From Candidatus Tepidifontimicrobium thermophilum (GTDB lineage Bacteria; Sysuimicrobiota; Sysuimicrobiia; Sysuimicrobiales; Sysuimicrobiaceae): a DNA stretch of 64,000 nt. The notes under the pieces are model-generated. The model was not told the DNA's origin. It saw nothing but the letters and a program-made list of their open reading frames with translations, and made no database searches. Of the stretch, positions 1-10,240 are shown piece after piece; the stretch's first letter is position 1, and the number at the start of each line of letters is the position of its first letter. The translations under genes were made by a program, and so were the position numbers. The stretch covers positions 24,104 to 88,103 of the forward strand of contig JAVKHO010000013.1 of assembly GCA_031459915.1 (NCBI GenBank). Direction: 5' to 3'.

Positions 1-1011
1 CTGTTGGCCGGCTGCACCACGGTGGCGTACGAGGGCGCCCTGGACTTCCCGGGGCCCGAGACCCCCTGGCGGATCGTGGAGGAGCTGCGGGTGACGGGGA
101 TCTTCACCTCCCCCACCGCGGTGCGGCTGCTGATGAAGTACGGGGAGGAGCCGGCCCTGCGGTACGACCGGTCGTCCCTGGAACGGGTGGTCTGCGCGGG
201 AGAGGTCCTGAACCCGCCCGCGTGGGAGTGGCTGCAGAAGCGGGTGCTGCAGGACCGGGTGCCGGTCATCGACCACTGGTGGCAGACGGAGACGGGAGGG
301 CCGGTGATCGGGAACCCCTACGGGGTGGCGCAACTGCCCATCAAGCCGGGCTCCGCGGGGATGCCGCTGCCCGGCATGGAGGTGGCGGTGATGACCCCGG
401 AAGGGGAGGAGTGCGGTCCGGGGGAGCGCGGAATCCTGGTGATCCGCCGGCCCTTCCCCAGCCTCACCCCAGCCCTGTGGGGCGAGCCGGAACGGTACGC
501 GCAGGACTACTGGCAACGGATTCCCGGACGGGACGTGTACTTCACGGGGGACGCGGCGCAGGTGGACCCCGACGGCTACGTGTGGTTCGCGGGCCGCGCG
601 GACGAGGTGATCAAAATCGCCGCCCACCGCATCGGAACCATCGAGGTGGAGACCGCCTTCCTCAAGCACCCCGCGGTGGCGGAGGCGGGGGTGGTGGGCC
701 GGCCCGACGAGGTGCGCGGGGAGGTGATCTCCGCCTTCCTGGTGCTGAAGCAGGGGTACGAGCCGTCCGTGGCCCTGCGCCAGGAGCTGCTGGACACCGT
801 CCGCCGCGAGCTGGGTCCGGTAGCCGTGGTGGGCGAGGTGAACTTCGTCTCGATGCTGCCCAAGACCCGCAGCGGCAAGATCATGCGGAGGGTGTTGCGG
901 TCCGTGATCCTGGGCCGGGACCCGGGGGACATCACCACCATCGAGGACGAGGGGTCCGTAGAGGAGGCCCGGGCCGCCTGGCGGCAGCTTCAGGCGGAAC
1001 TCAGCAGGTGA
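1..1011 (+). CDS. acs: Acetyl-CoA synthetase (AMP-forming), C-terminal part, truncated by the window start
   Basis: Motifs DHWWQTETGG, YFTGD, GRADEVIKIAAHRIGTIEVE and LPKTRSGKIMRR; frame is open to the window edge. Confidence 0.9.
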   Translation: MLAGCTTVAYEGALDFPGPETPWRIVEELRVTGIFTSPTAVRLLMKYGEEPALRYDRSSLERVVCAGEVLNPPAWEWLQKRVLQDRVPVIDHWWQTETGGPVIGNPYGVAQLPIKPGSAGMPLPGMEVAVMTPEGEECGPGERGILVIRRPFPSLTPALWGEPERYAQDYWQRIPGRDVYFTGDAAQVDPDGYVWFAGRADEVIKIAAHRIGTIEVETAFLKHPAVAEAGVVGRPDEVRGEVISAFLVLKQGYEPSVALRQELLDTVRRELGPVAVVGEVNFVSMLPKTRSGKIMRRVLRSVILGRDPGDITTIEDEGSVEEARAAWRQLQAELSR

Positions 1012-1083
1012 AGGCCGTGGGTCGGGCGAACAACGACCCCTAGGCCTTTTGCACCAGGCAACCAGGGGAGAAAGGGGGGCTGT

Positions 1084-3054
1084 ATGGAGACGGTACAGAC
1101 CCAGGCGACGATTGCGGCCCTGCTGCAGGAGACCCGCCGCTTCCCGCCTCCTCCGGAGTTCACCGCGCGGGCCAACGTCCAGGACCCCGGGGTCTACGAG
1201 GAGGCGGAGCGGGACTTCGAGGGCTTCTGGGCCCGGCACGCGGAGTCCGAGCTGGAGTGGTTCCGGAAGTGGGACCGGGTACTGGAGTGGGACGTGCCGT
1301 GGGCCAAGTGGTTCGTGGGCGGCCAGACGAACGTCTGCTACAACTGCGTGGACCGCCACGTGAAGGGCCGGCGGAGGACCAAGGCGGCCCTGGTGTGGGA
1401 GGGCGAGCCCGGGGACAGCCGGGTGCTGACCTACCTGGACCTGCACCGGGAGGTGCAGCGGTTCGCCAACGCACTCAAGCAGCTCGGCGTGCAGAAGGGC
1501 GACCGGGTGACGATCTACATGGGAATGGTCCCGGAGCTGCCCATCGCCATGCTGGCCTGCGCGCGGATTGGGGCCCCCCACAGCGTGGTGTTCGGAGGGT
1601 TCAGCGCGGACGCTCTGGCCGGCCGCATTCAGGACGCCCAGGCCAAGGTCCTGGTCACCCAGGACGGCGCGTGGCGGCGCGGACAGGTGGTGCCCCTCAA
1701 GCACTTTGCGGACCAGGCCCTGGAGAGCTGCCCCTCGGTGGAGAAGGTGGTGGTCCTCCGGAGGGCCGGGAACGAGGTGGCCATGAAACCGGGCCGCGAC
1801 GCATGGTGGCACGAGCTGGAGGCAGGCGCTCCCGCCACCTGCCCGGCGGAGCCCCTGGACAGCGAGCACCCCCTGTACATCCTGTACACCTCGGGCACCA
1901 CGGGGAAGCCCAAGGGAGTCCTGCACACCACCGCAGGCTACCTGCTGGGCGTCCACATGACCACCAAGTGGGTGTTCGACCTCAAGGACGAAGACGTGTA
2001 CTGGTGCACCGCGGACATCGGCTGGGTCACGGGCCACAGCTACATCGTGTACGGGCCGCTCTCGAACGGTGCCACCTCCGTGATGTACGAGGGCGCTCCC
2101 GACTGGCCGGACAAGGACCGGTACTGGCGGATCGTGGAGAAGTACCGGGTGAACGTGCTGTACACGTCCCCCACCTTCATCCGTACCGCCATGAAGTGGG
2201 GGCCTGAGTACCCCCGGCGCTGCGACCTCAGCAGCCTGCGCCTGCTGGGCACCGTGGGCGAGCCCATCAACCCAGAAGCGTGGATGTGGTACCACGAGAA
2301 CATCGGAGGGGGCCGGTGCCCCATCGTGGACACCTGGTGGCAGACGGAGACGGGGATGATCCTCATCACCCCGCTTCCAGGTATCACCACCACCAAGCCT
2401 GGGTCCGCCACCCTCCCCTTCCCGGGCATCGCGGCGGACATCGTGGACGAGCAGGGCAACTCCCTGCCGCCCAACACGGGCGGCTACCTGGTCCTCACCC
2501 GCCCGTGGCCGGCCATGCTGAGGACCTTCTGGGGCGACCCCGAGCGGTACGTCCAGGTCTACTGGAGCCGCTTCCCCGGCAAGTACTTCACCGGGGACGG
2601 CGCCCGGCGGGACGAGGACGGCTACTTCTGGATCCAGGGCCGGGTGGACGACGTGGTGAACGTGGCGGGCCACCGCCTCAGCAACATCGAGATCGAGAGC
2701 ACGCTCGTGGCGCACCCCGCGGTGGCGGAGGCGGCCACCATCGGCCGCAGCCACCCCGAGAAGGGCCAGGCCGTCTCTGCCTTCGTGGTCCTGCGGGCCG
2801 GCTACGCGCCCAGCGAGCAGCTCAAGCACGAGCTCCGGGAGTGGGTGGCGCAGAAGATCAGCCCCATCGCCCGGCCCGACGACGTCTTCTTCTGCGCAGA
2901 CCTGCCGAAGACGCGGTCCGCGAAGATCATGCGCCGGCTGCTTCGGGACATCGCGGAGGGCCGGGCCCTGGGCGACACCACCACCCTGACGGACCCCGCG
3001 GTGGTGGAGCAGATCAAGCAGCGGTACGTGGAGGAGGGGAAGGAGGAAGCCTAG
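1084..3054 (+). CDS. acs: Acetyl-CoA synthetase (AMP-forming)
   Basis: 656 aa; [46 protein letters not shown]. Confidence 0.96.
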   Translation: METVQTQATIAALLQETRRFPPPPEFTARANVQDPGVYEEAERDFEGFWARHAESELEWFRKWDRVLEWDVPWAKWFVGGQTNVCYNCVDRHVKGRRRTKAALVWEGEPGDSRVLTYLDLHREVQRFANALKQLGVQKGDRVTIYMGMVPELPIAMLACARIGAPHSVVFGGFSADALAGRIQDAQAKVLVTQDGAWRRGQVVPLKHFADQALESCPSVEKVVVLRRAGNEVAMKPGRDAWWHELEAGAPATCPAEPLDSEHPLYILYTSGTTGKPKGVLHTTAGYLLGVHMTTKWVFDLKDEDVYWCTADIGWVTGHSYIVYGPLSNGATSVMYEGAPDWPDKDRYWRIVEKYRVNVLYTSPTFIRTAMKWGPEYPRRCDLSSLRLLGTVGEPINPEAWMWYHENIGGGRCPIVDTWWQTETGMILITPLPGITTTKPGSATLPFPGIAADIVDEQGNSLPPNTGGYLVLTRPWPAMLRTFWGDPERYVQVYWSRFPGKYFTGDGARRDEDGYFWIQGRVDDVVNVAGHRLSNIEIESTLVAHPAVAEAATIGRSHPEKGQAVSAFVVLRAGYAPSEQLKHELREWVAQKISPIARPDDVFFCADLPKTRSAKIMRRLLRDIAEGRALGDTTTLTDPAVVEQIKQRYVEEGKEEA

Positions 3055-3062
3055 GGCCGAGG

Positions 3063-3935
3063 CTACGCTTCCACCACCCAGAAGGCCGCGGACCACGCGC
3101 GGCCGGAGCTGCGGCCGAGGCACTCTGCCCGGACGAAGCCGTCCTGCGGAGCCGGTTCGTACTGGGCAAAGCCCCGGGCCACCTCCACCCTGAGCCGGCC
3201 GTGGCGGTCGTAGAAGCGCACGCGGGAGGCGTCGCTTTCCACCACCACGCAGCCGTCCCTAACGCCGAAGCGGGCCTGAGGGCCGGTGGTGGCGTACACC
3301 GCGCCGGCGCGGAAGGCCTCGCGCAGCGCCCGCTGGCTGACCTCCTCCGCCCGGACCACCACCCACGCCTTCCCGAACTGCCCGTCGTGGTGGAGGTCGT
3401 CGGAGGCCACGGGCGACACGGGGTGCGCGGGCCCGTGGCGCTGCACCACCTCCACCCACCGCCGCGTGTCCAGATCCGGGTCCGAGTGGGGGTTCCAGAC
3501 CTCCACGAACCGTATCCCCCGCAGACGGCGCGCTCTGGAGCTAGTCCACCGCCCGGTCCACAGGTTCCCGGTCCACGAGGGGTGGTTCAACCCTGCCAGT
3601 CCGCCGTGGGCGGTGACCTCCTCCACCACCCGCTGCGCAACGCGGGCCCGGGGCAGCTCCCGCACCAACAGGCACCCCAGGTGCGGTCCCAGGGGCCGCA
3701 CCGGACCGGGGAGGGTGAGTTCCACCCCCTGAACCACGCAGAACTCCCCGTCCGAAAGGCCGGAGGTGTCCGTCACCACGTCGTGGTCGGTGACCGCGAG
3801 GAAGCTGAACCCCGCGGCGCGGTAGCGCTCCGCCACGGCCTCCGGCGGGTGGCGGCCGTCGGACCGGGTGGTGTGGACGTGCAGCTGCGCCTTCCGGTCC
3901 TGTCCGGGGACCGCGTACGGGTCCAGCACGCGCAT
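3063..3935 (-). CDS. PHP-domain metallohydrolase (CehA/McbA-like)
   Basis: HVHTTRSDG, VTDHD, GVE, NHP, EVWN and SDDLH motifs; start trimmed to the ATG at 3935 inside ORF 3063..4868. Confidence 0.8.
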   Translation of the reverse strand: MRVLDPYAVPGQDRKAQLHVHTTRSDGRHPPEAVAERYRAAGFSFLAVTDHDVVTDTSGLSDGEFCVVQGVELTLPGPVRPLGPHLGCLLVRELPRARVAQRVVEEVTAHGGLAGLNHPSWTGNLWTGRWTSSRARRLRGIRFVEVWNPHSDPDLDTRRWVEVVQRHGPAHPVSPVASDDLHHDGQFGKAWVVVRAEEVSQRALREAFRAGAVYATTGPQARFGVRDGCVVVESDASRVRFYDRHGRLRVEVARGFAQYEPAPQDGFVRAECLGRSSGRAWSAAFWVVEA

Positions 3936-3998
3936 GGTCCTTCTCATTGTGCGGGAACGCGGCCAGGGTGGGGTAGAATGGCGGCGGAGGAGCGTCGC

Positions 3999-4688
3999 GT
4001 GCGGGTCCGGCTGAGGCTGTTCGCGGTTTACCGGGAGGCCGTGGGCTCTCCCACCGTGGAGCTGGAGCTGGACGGCTCGCCCACCTGCCGCGACGCGTGG
4101 GATCACCTGCTCGCTGCGCACCCGTCCCTGGCCAGGCTGCCTTCCCCGAGGTTCGCCGTGGGCGACCGGTACGTGCAGCCCGACCACCCCCTCCGTGACG
4201 GAGACGAGCTCACCCCCATCCCTCCTGTCAGCGGCGGCGCGACCCACGTGGCGGTGGTGCAGGAGCCCATCCGGACCGACCAGCTGCTGGCGCGGGTCCA
4301 GCACCCCCACGCGGGCGCGGTGGTCCTGTTCCTGGGCACCGTGCGCGACAACCCGGAGGGTCCCCGGGTCCTGCACCTGGACTACGAGGCGTACGAGCGC
4401 CTCGCGGTGGCGGAGATGCAACGTATCGCCCGGGAGGTCACCGACCGCTGGCCCGTGGTGGCCGTGGCCATGGAGCACCGGGTGGGCCGGCTGGAGGTGG
4501 GAGAGGTCAGCGTGGCGGTAGCCGTCTCCGCGCCACACCGCAGGGAGGCGTTCGAGGCCGGGCGGTACGCCATCGACACCCTCAAGGTCCGGGTCCCCAT
4601 CTGGAAGAAGGAGGTGTGGGAGGGCGGAGCGCGCTGGGTGGGGTCCGAGGCCGTGGAAGGAGAAACTCCCACAGACCGCGTACTGTAG
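3999..4688 (+). CDS. Molybdopterin synthase MoaD-MoaE fusion
   Basis: MoaD part VRLRLFAVYRE...IPPVSGG fused to MoaE part GAVVLFLGTVR, HRVGRL, PHRREAF, KVRVPIWKKE. GTG at 3999 follows GGAGG; alternative ATG at 3978 overlaps a TAGAAT -10-like hexamer. Confidence 0.9.
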   Translation: MRVRLRLFAVYREAVGSPTVELELDGSPTCRDAWDHLLAAHPSLARLPSPRFAVGDRYVQPDHPLRDGDELTPIPPVSGGATHVAVVQEPIRTDQLLARVQHPHAGAVVLFLGTVRDNPEGPRVLHLDYEAYERLAVAEMQRIAREVTDRWPVVAVAMEHRVGRLEVGEVSVAVAVSAPHRREAFEAGRYAIDTLKVRVPIWKKEVWEGGARWVGSEAVEGETPTDRVL

Positions 4689-4695
4689 GCCCACG

Positions 4696-5514
4696 ATGGG
4701 GGCTGGGGTCCCACTGGTGGACGTCGTCCTGAGCGTGCGCGGGCTCACCCTGCGGTTCGCCGGGGTGCTGGCGGTCTGGGACGTGTCCTTCTCCCTGCAC
4801 GCGGGTGAGCTGTTGGGGATCATCGGACCCAACGGCGCGGGCAAGACCAGCGTCCTGAACTGCATCAACGGGTTCTACCGCCCCCAGGCCGGGCGGATTT
4901 CTTTTTTAGGGCGGGACATCACCCACCTACCGCCGCACACCCGGGCGCACCTGGGAATTTCCCGCACCTTCCAGAACATCGCCCTGTACCCGCACATGAC
5001 GGTCCTCCAGAACATCCTTTCGGGACGGCTGGCGCACATGCACAGCTCGCTGCTGAGCTGCGGGGTGTACTGGGGGTTCGCGCAGCGCGAGGTCCTGCAG
5101 CACCGCCAGCGGGTGGAGGAGATCATCGACTTCCTGGAGATCGAGCCGTACCGCGACCAACGGGTGGCAGAGCTGCCCTACGGGATCCAGAAGAAGGTAG
5201 AGCTCGGCCGCGCCCTCGCCATGGAGCCGCGCCTGCTCCTGCTGGACGAGCCCATGGCGGGCATGACGGTGGACGAGAAGGCGGACATGGCCCGGTACAT
5301 CCTGGAGCTCCGCGAGGTGCACGGCCTGCCCATGATCCTCATCGAGCACGACATGGGTGTGGTCATGGACCTGTGCGACCGGATCCTCGCCATGGACTAC
5401 GGCCGCAAGATCGCGGAGGGCCCGCCGGAGGAGATCCAGAACCACCCCGACGTGATCCGCGCGTACCTGGGTGAGGAGCACGGGGTGGCGGAGGGGGTGG
5501 CAGGCGGCGCATGA
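4696..5514 (+). CDS. Liv-type ABC transporter ATP-binding protein (LivG-like)
   Basis: GPNGAGKT, LPYGIQKKVELGRAL, LLLLDEP, IEHDM, V..AYLG; true start may be GTG at 4717. Confidence 0.92.
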   Translation: MGAGVPLVDVVLSVRGLTLRFAGVLAVWDVSFSLHAGELLGIIGPNGAGKTSVLNCINGFYRPQAGRISFLGRDITHLPPHTRAHLGISRTFQNIALYPHMTVLQNILSGRLAHMHSSLLSCGVYWGFAQREVLQHRQRVEEIIDFLEIEPYRDQRVAELPYGIQKKVELGRALAMEPRLLLLDEPMAGMTVDEKADMARYILELREVHGLPMILIEHDMGVVMDLCDRILAMDYGRKIAEGPPEEIQNHPDVIRAYLGEEHGVAEGVAGGA

Positions 5515-7484
5515 GCAGCCAGAGGGTCCTGGAACGCCCCGCGGAGGCGCTGTCCCCGGAGGAGGTCCGGGAGTCCCTGCGCGCGCTGGACACCTTCCCC
5601 AAGCGGCTGGTGCACAACGCGGAGCGGTTCGGCGACCGGGTGGCCTTCCGGGAGAAGGAGTTCGGCATCTGGCAGGAGATCACGTGGCGGCAGTACCTGG
5701 ACCACGTGCGGGCGTGCGCGGGGGGCCTGCTGGCCCTGGGGATGCGGCGGGGCGACGTGGTGGCCCTCATCGGCGACAACCGCCCCGAGCTGTACTACGT
5801 CGCGATGGCCACCCAGGCCCTCGGCGGGGTGTCCTGCGGCATGTACCAGGACACCCTGGCGGACCAGCTGGCCCAACTGCTGGACTTTGCCGACGCCCGG
5901 TTCGTGTTCTGCGAGGACCAGGAGCAGACGGACAAACTCCTGAGCATGGAGGACCGCCTGCCCAAGGTGGAGCGGGTGATCGTGGACGACTGGCGCGGGA
6001 TGTGGCGGTACCAGCACCCCAAGCTCCTGCGGTTCTCCGACCTGGAGAGCCTGGGACGGGAGTTCCTGAGCCGGCAGCCGGACCGGTTCCTGCAGGAGGT
6101 GGCCCGGGGACGCGGGGACGACGTGGCCATCTTCTGCCTGACCTCAGGGACCACGTCGCTACCGAAGCTGGCCATGCTGTCCCACCGCAACCTCCTCGCC
6201 CAGGGCGAGAACTTCCTGGCGGTGGAGCCCCACGTGACGGAGCGGGACGAGTTCGTGAGCTTCCTGCCCTTCGCGTGGATCGGGGAGCAGATGATCTCCT
6301 TCACCCTGCACCAGCTGGTGGGGTTCACCGTGAACTTCCCTGAGGAGCCGGAGACCGCCCAGCGGGACCTGCGGGAGATCGGGCCCCACTTCATGTTCGC
6401 CCCCGCCCGCATCTACGAGGGGATCCACTCCGCGGTCACCGTGCGGATGCTGGACGCGGGGCCGGTCCGCCGGCGGATCTACGACGCCGCCATGGCCGTG
6501 GCAGGCCGCCGGGTGGACGTGGAGGCCGCAGGCCGGCCGCTGCCCCCCTGGCTACGCCTGCTGTGGAGGCTGTGCTACTGGACGGTGTACCGACCCCTCC
6601 TGGACAAGGTGGGGCTGGTCCACATGCGGGTGGCGTGGAACGGAGGAGCCTCCCTGGGCCCGGACTACTTCCGGTTCTTCCGGGGCCTGGGGTTGAACCT
6701 CAAGCAGATCTACGGGCAGACGGAGATCGCGGGGATCTCCTGCGTGCACCGGGACGGGCAGGTGCGGTTCTGGACCATGGGCGCCCCCATCGCGAACACC
6801 GAGATCCGCATCACCGACCAGCAGGAGATCGTCAGCCGCAGCCCGTCGGTGTTCCTGGGATACTACAAGAACCCCGAGGCCACCCGGGAAGCCCTGCGGG
6901 ACGGGTGGCTGTACTCCGGCGACACGGGGGTCCTGGACCCCAGCGGCGACATCATCCTGTTCGACCGCAGCGGCGACATCATCACCCTGCAGGACGGGAC
7001 TCGGATCCCGCCCCGGGTGATCGAGGACATGCTGAAGTTCACCCCGTACGTGCAGCAGGCCATGGTCCTCGGTGAGGGCCGACCGTATTTGACCGCCATC
7101 CTGAACATCGACTTCCAGAACGTGGGCAAGTGGGCGGAGGACCGTGGGGTGGCGTACACGTCCTACATGGACCTGTCTCAGAAGCCGGAGGTCCTGGAGC
7201 TGCTGGAGAAGCTGGTACGGGAGACCAACGCCCGCCTGCAGCCCGGCTGGCGGGTGCGCGCCTTCGTGTCCCTCTACAAGGAGTTCCACCCCGACGACGA
7301 CGAGCTCACCCGGACCCGCAAGCTCCGCCGCCGCCACATCCTCGAGCGCTACCGCGAGCTGGTGGAGGCGGTGTACGCGGGCGCGGAGCGGTTCCAGGCC
7401 ACGGTGACGGTTCGGTACGAGGACGGCCGCGTGGCCACCCTCCACCCCGTGATGGAGATCCGGCGGCTGGAGGCGGACGGGTGA
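5511..7484 (+). CDS. Long-chain fatty acid-CoA ligase (AMP-binding)
   Basis: LTSGTTSLPK, YGQTE, GWLYSGD, ELTRTRKLRR; 657 aa; ATGA overlap with the upstream gene. Confidence 0.88.
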   Translation: MSSQRVLERPAEALSPEEVRESLRALDTFPKRLVHNAERFGDRVAFREKEFGIWQEITWRQYLDHVRACAGGLLALGMRRGDVVALIGDNRPELYYVAMATQALGGVSCGMYQDTLADQLAQLLDFADARFVFCEDQEQTDKLLSMEDRLPKVERVIVDDWRGMWRYQHPKLLRFSDLESLGREFLSRQPDRFLQEVARGRGDDVAIFCLTSGTTSLPKLAMLSHRNLLAQGENFLAVEPHVTERDEFVSFLPFAWIGEQMISFTLHQLVGFTVNFPEEPETAQRDLREIGPHFMFAPARIYEGIHSAVTVRMLDAGPVRRRIYDAAMAVAGRRVDVEAAGRPLPPWLRLLWRLCYWTVYRPLLDKVGLVHMRVAWNGGASLGPDYFRFFRGLGLNLKQIYGQTEIAGISCVHRDGQVRFWTMGAPIANTEIRITDQQEIVSRSPSVFLGYYKNPEATREALRDGWLYSGDTGVLDPSGDIILFDRSGDIITLQDGTRIPPRVIEDMLKFTPYVQQAMVLGEGRPYLTAILNIDFQNVGKWAEDRGVAYTSYMDLSQKPEVLELLEKLVRETNARLQPGWRVRAFVSLYKEFHPDDDELTRTRKLRRRHILERYRELVEAVYAGAERFQATVTVRYEDGRVATLHPVMEIRRLEADG

Positions 7485-8404
7485 CCTACCAGTTCGTCCT
7501 GGAAGGGGTGGTGGTGGGCCTGGCGGTGGGGTCCATCTACGCCCTCATCGCGGTGGGGTTCACCGTCCTGTACAAGTCCACCAAGATCCTCAACCTCGCC
7601 CACGGGGAGCTGGTGCTGTTCGGCGGCTACCTCGCCATCGCGGTGACGTCCGCGGCCGGTTTCCTGCCCGTCCCCACCGCCTTCGCTGTAGGGGTGGCGG
7701 TCACCCTGCTGGCGGCCGCGGCTTTGGGCTTCGCGGTGGAGCGGGCGGTGATGCGGCCCCTGTTTGGCCAGCCCCTCCTCTCTGTGATCATCGTCACCCT
7801 GGCCCTGGGGTACGTGATCCGCGGGGTCATGGTCGGGATCTGGAGCGGGGAGACCCGCACCTTCCCGCCCGTCGTCCCGGCCGCGGTGGTCCGGGTGGCA
7901 GGGGTCCCTGTGTCCCTGGTGGGCGTGTGGAGCGCGGCGGCCGCCGCCCTGCTGCTGGTCCTCTTCGGTCTGTTCTTCCGCTACACGCGGTGGGGGATCG
8001 CCATGCGGGCCGCGGCCAACGAACAGCTCACGGCCTCCACCCTGGGGGTGAGCCTGAAGCGGGTGTTCGCGTACGCCTGGGCCTTCGCCGCGGTGGCGGG
8101 CGCCGTGGGCGGGATCCTCCTCGGGCTGTGGCTGGGGGTGAACTTCGCCCTGGCCGCGGTGGGGCTGAAGGCCCTGGCGGCGGTGATCCTGGGCGGCCTG
8201 GACAGCATCCCCGGGGCCATCCTGGGGGGGCTGTTGGTGGGCGTGGTGGAGACGGTGCTGGGCGGGTACATCGACGCCCACGTGAAGCTGTGGGGCCAGC
8301 CCCTGCACGGTTTCAAGGAGGTGACGGCCTACCTGGTGATCCTGCTGGCCCTGATGGTGCGGCCCTACGGCCTGTTCGGCACCGAGCACATCGAGCGGCT
8401 GTAA
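7481..8404 (+). CDS. Liv-type ABC permease (LivH-like)
   Basis: GSIYALIAVGFT...NLAHGE, AVILGGLDSIPGA, RPYGLFG; GTG at 7481 overlaps the upstream stop. Confidence 0.9.
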   Translation: MTYQFVLEGVVVGLAVGSIYALIAVGFTVLYKSTKILNLAHGELVLFGGYLAIAVTSAAGFLPVPTAFAVGVAVTLLAAAALGFAVERAVMRPLFGQPLLSVIIVTLALGYVIRGVMVGIWSGETRTFPPVVPAAVVRVAGVPVSLVGVWSAAAAALLLVLFGLFFRYTRWGIAMRAAANEQLTASTLGVSLKRVFAYAWAFAAVAGAVGGILLGLWLGVNFALAAVGLKALAAVILGGLDSIPGAILGGLLVGVVETVLGGYIDAHVKLWGQPLHGFKEVTAYLVILLALMVRPYGLFGTEHIERL

Positions 8405-8413
8405 GGGGGGACC

Positions 8414-9457
8414 GTGGCGTACGCGCGGCCGTGCGGGGACTTCAAGACCTCCTACGCGCAGGACATGGCCCTGCTGGACATCCGCCTGTACCGGTGGGGC
8501 TTCGCCGTGCTGCTGGTGGCGCTGGCCCTGGCCCCCTGGGCCCTCGGCCGGTGGATCTACCTCCTCAACGACATCGCCATCTTCGCCATCGGGGCCACGG
8601 GGCTGTCCCTGGTGATGGGGTTTGCGGGACAGATCTCCCTGGGCCACGCGGCCTTCATGGCGGTGGGCGCGTACACGTCGTGGTTCGTCACCAGCCAGCT
8701 GCGCCTGCCCTTCGCGATCGCCCTCCCCCTGAGCGCCCTCGTGGCCTTCGCGGTGGGCGCGGTGGTGGGGCTGCCCTCCCTGCGGATCAAGGGGCTGTAC
8801 CTGGCCATCGCCACCCTCGCCTTCCAGTTCCTGGTGGAGTACCTGGTCGTGCAGACCGTGAGCGGCATGGGCGGCACGCCCGTCCCGTCCATGGACCTGC
8901 TCGGAGTGCCCGTGAACACGGAGGTGCGCTTCTGGTACCTGGTGGCCACCGTCTGGGTGCTGGGCGCGGTGTTCGCCACCAACCTGACCCGCACCCGCGT
9001 AGGGCTGGCCCTCATGGCGGTCCGGGACCGCGACTACGCTGCCCAGGTCCTGGGGGTCAACCTCCTGTACTACAAGACCCTGGCCTTCGCCCTGGGGGCC
9101 GCCTACGCAGGGGTAGCGGGCAGCCTCTTTGCACACTACAACCGGGTGATCGGCGCCGAGCACTTCAGCCTGGCCCAGTCCATCGACTTCGTGGCGATGC
9201 TGGTCATCGGCGGGCTGGGAAGCGTGTGGGGCCCGCACCTGGGCGCGGCCTTCGTGCGGGTGCTCACTCAGCTGCTGAAGATGTGGGCGCCCGCGCTGGG
9301 GGCCCTGCTGCCAGTGCTGGGCCGGGCCACCACCTCGGTCCACGACATCGTGTTCGGGGTCGTCCTGATCGCCTTCCTCATCTGGGAGCCCGGGGGGCTT
9401 GCGACCCTGCTCCGGAAGCTCAAGCGCTACGTGGACCTGTGGCCCTTCCCCCACTAG
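8414..9457 (+). CDS. Liv-type ABC permease (LivM-like)
   Basis: GQISLGHAAFMAVGAY, LRIKGLYLAIATLAF, IGGLGSVWG. Confidence 0.9.
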   Translation: MAYARPCGDFKTSYAQDMALLDIRLYRWGFAVLLVALALAPWALGRWIYLLNDIAIFAIGATGLSLVMGFAGQISLGHAAFMAVGAYTSWFVTSQLRLPFAIALPLSALVAFAVGAVVGLPSLRIKGLYLAIATLAFQFLVEYLVVQTVSGMGGTPVPSMDLLGVPVNTEVRFWYLVATVWVLGAVFATNLTRTRVGLALMAVRDRDYAAQVLGVNLLYYKTLAFALGAAYAGVAGSLFAHYNRVIGAEHFSLAQSIDFVAMLVIGGLGSVWGPHLGAAFVRVLTQLLKMWAPALGALLPVLGRATTSVHDIVFGVVLIAFLIWEPGGLATLLRKLKRYVDLWPFPH

Positions 9458-10239
9458 GCCAGCCAGCGCTTGCGGCGCTTGTAGCTCTTCACCTCCGTGA
9501 ACCGCCGGCGGCCGGACTTGGTCATCCCCAGGTAGAACTCCCGCACGTCCGCGTCCTCCCGCAGCCGGTCCGCGGGCCCGTCCAGCACGATCTTCCCGTT
9601 CTCCATCACGTACCCGTAGCTGGCCAGCTGCAGCGCCATCCGTGCGTTCTGCTCCACCAGGAGCACCGTGATCCCCTGCTCCTGGTTGAGCCGGCGGACC
9701 AGGCGGAAGATCTCGCCGGCCACCACGGGCGCAAGGCCCAGGCTGGGCTCGTCCAGGAGCAGCAGCTTGGGCCGGGCCATCAGGGCGCACCCGATGGCCA
9801 GCATCTGCTGCTCTCCCCCGGACAGGTACCCGGCCCGGACCCTGCGCCGCTCCCGAAGGCGCGGGAAGTACGTGTACACCAGGTCGAGGGCCTCTCGGGT
9901 GCCCCGGGGGTTCAGGGTGGTCCCCACCAGGAGGTTCTCCTCCGCGGTGAGCTCCTCGAACAGGCGCCTTCCCTCCCGCACCATCACCACGCCCAGGCGG
10001 CCTACCTCCTCCGGCAGCCAGTTCTCGATCCGGTGGCCCGCAAACTCCACAGACCCCCGGGTCACCTCCCCGCGCTCCAGGCGCACGAGGCCCGTGATGG
10101 CCTTCAGGGTGGTCGTCTTGCCCGCCCCGTTGGCCCCGATGAGGGCGGTGATGCTGCCGGGCGCTACCTGCAGAGAGACGCCCTTCAGCACCAGGATGGT
10201 GTTCCAGAAGACGACCTCAACGTTGTTGACGACCAGCAC
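9454..10239 (-). CDS. Liv-type ABC transporter ATP-binding protein (LivF-like)
   Basis: GANGAGKTT, LSGGEQQMLAIG, DEPSLGLAP, VEQNA, C-terminal SYKRRKRWL. Confidence 0.92.
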   Translation of the reverse strand: MLVVNNVEVVFWNTILVLKGVSLQVAPGSITALIGANGAGKTTTLKAITGLVRLERGEVTRGSVEFAGHRIENWLPEEVGRLGVVMVREGRRLFEELTAEENLLVGTTLNPRGTREALDLVYTYFPRLRERRRVRAGYLSGGEQQMLAIGCALMARPKLLLLDEPSLGLAPVVAGEIFRLVRRLNQEQGITVLLVEQNARMALQLASYGYVMENGKIVLDGPADRLREDADVREFYLGMTKSGRRRFTEVKSYKRRKRWLA

Positions 10240-10240
10240 C

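Noticed and set aside
2280..4688. 802 aa ORF ending in MoaD-MoaE
   Set aside because: Only the last ~230 aa are recognisable; the rest overlaps acs and the PHP gene.
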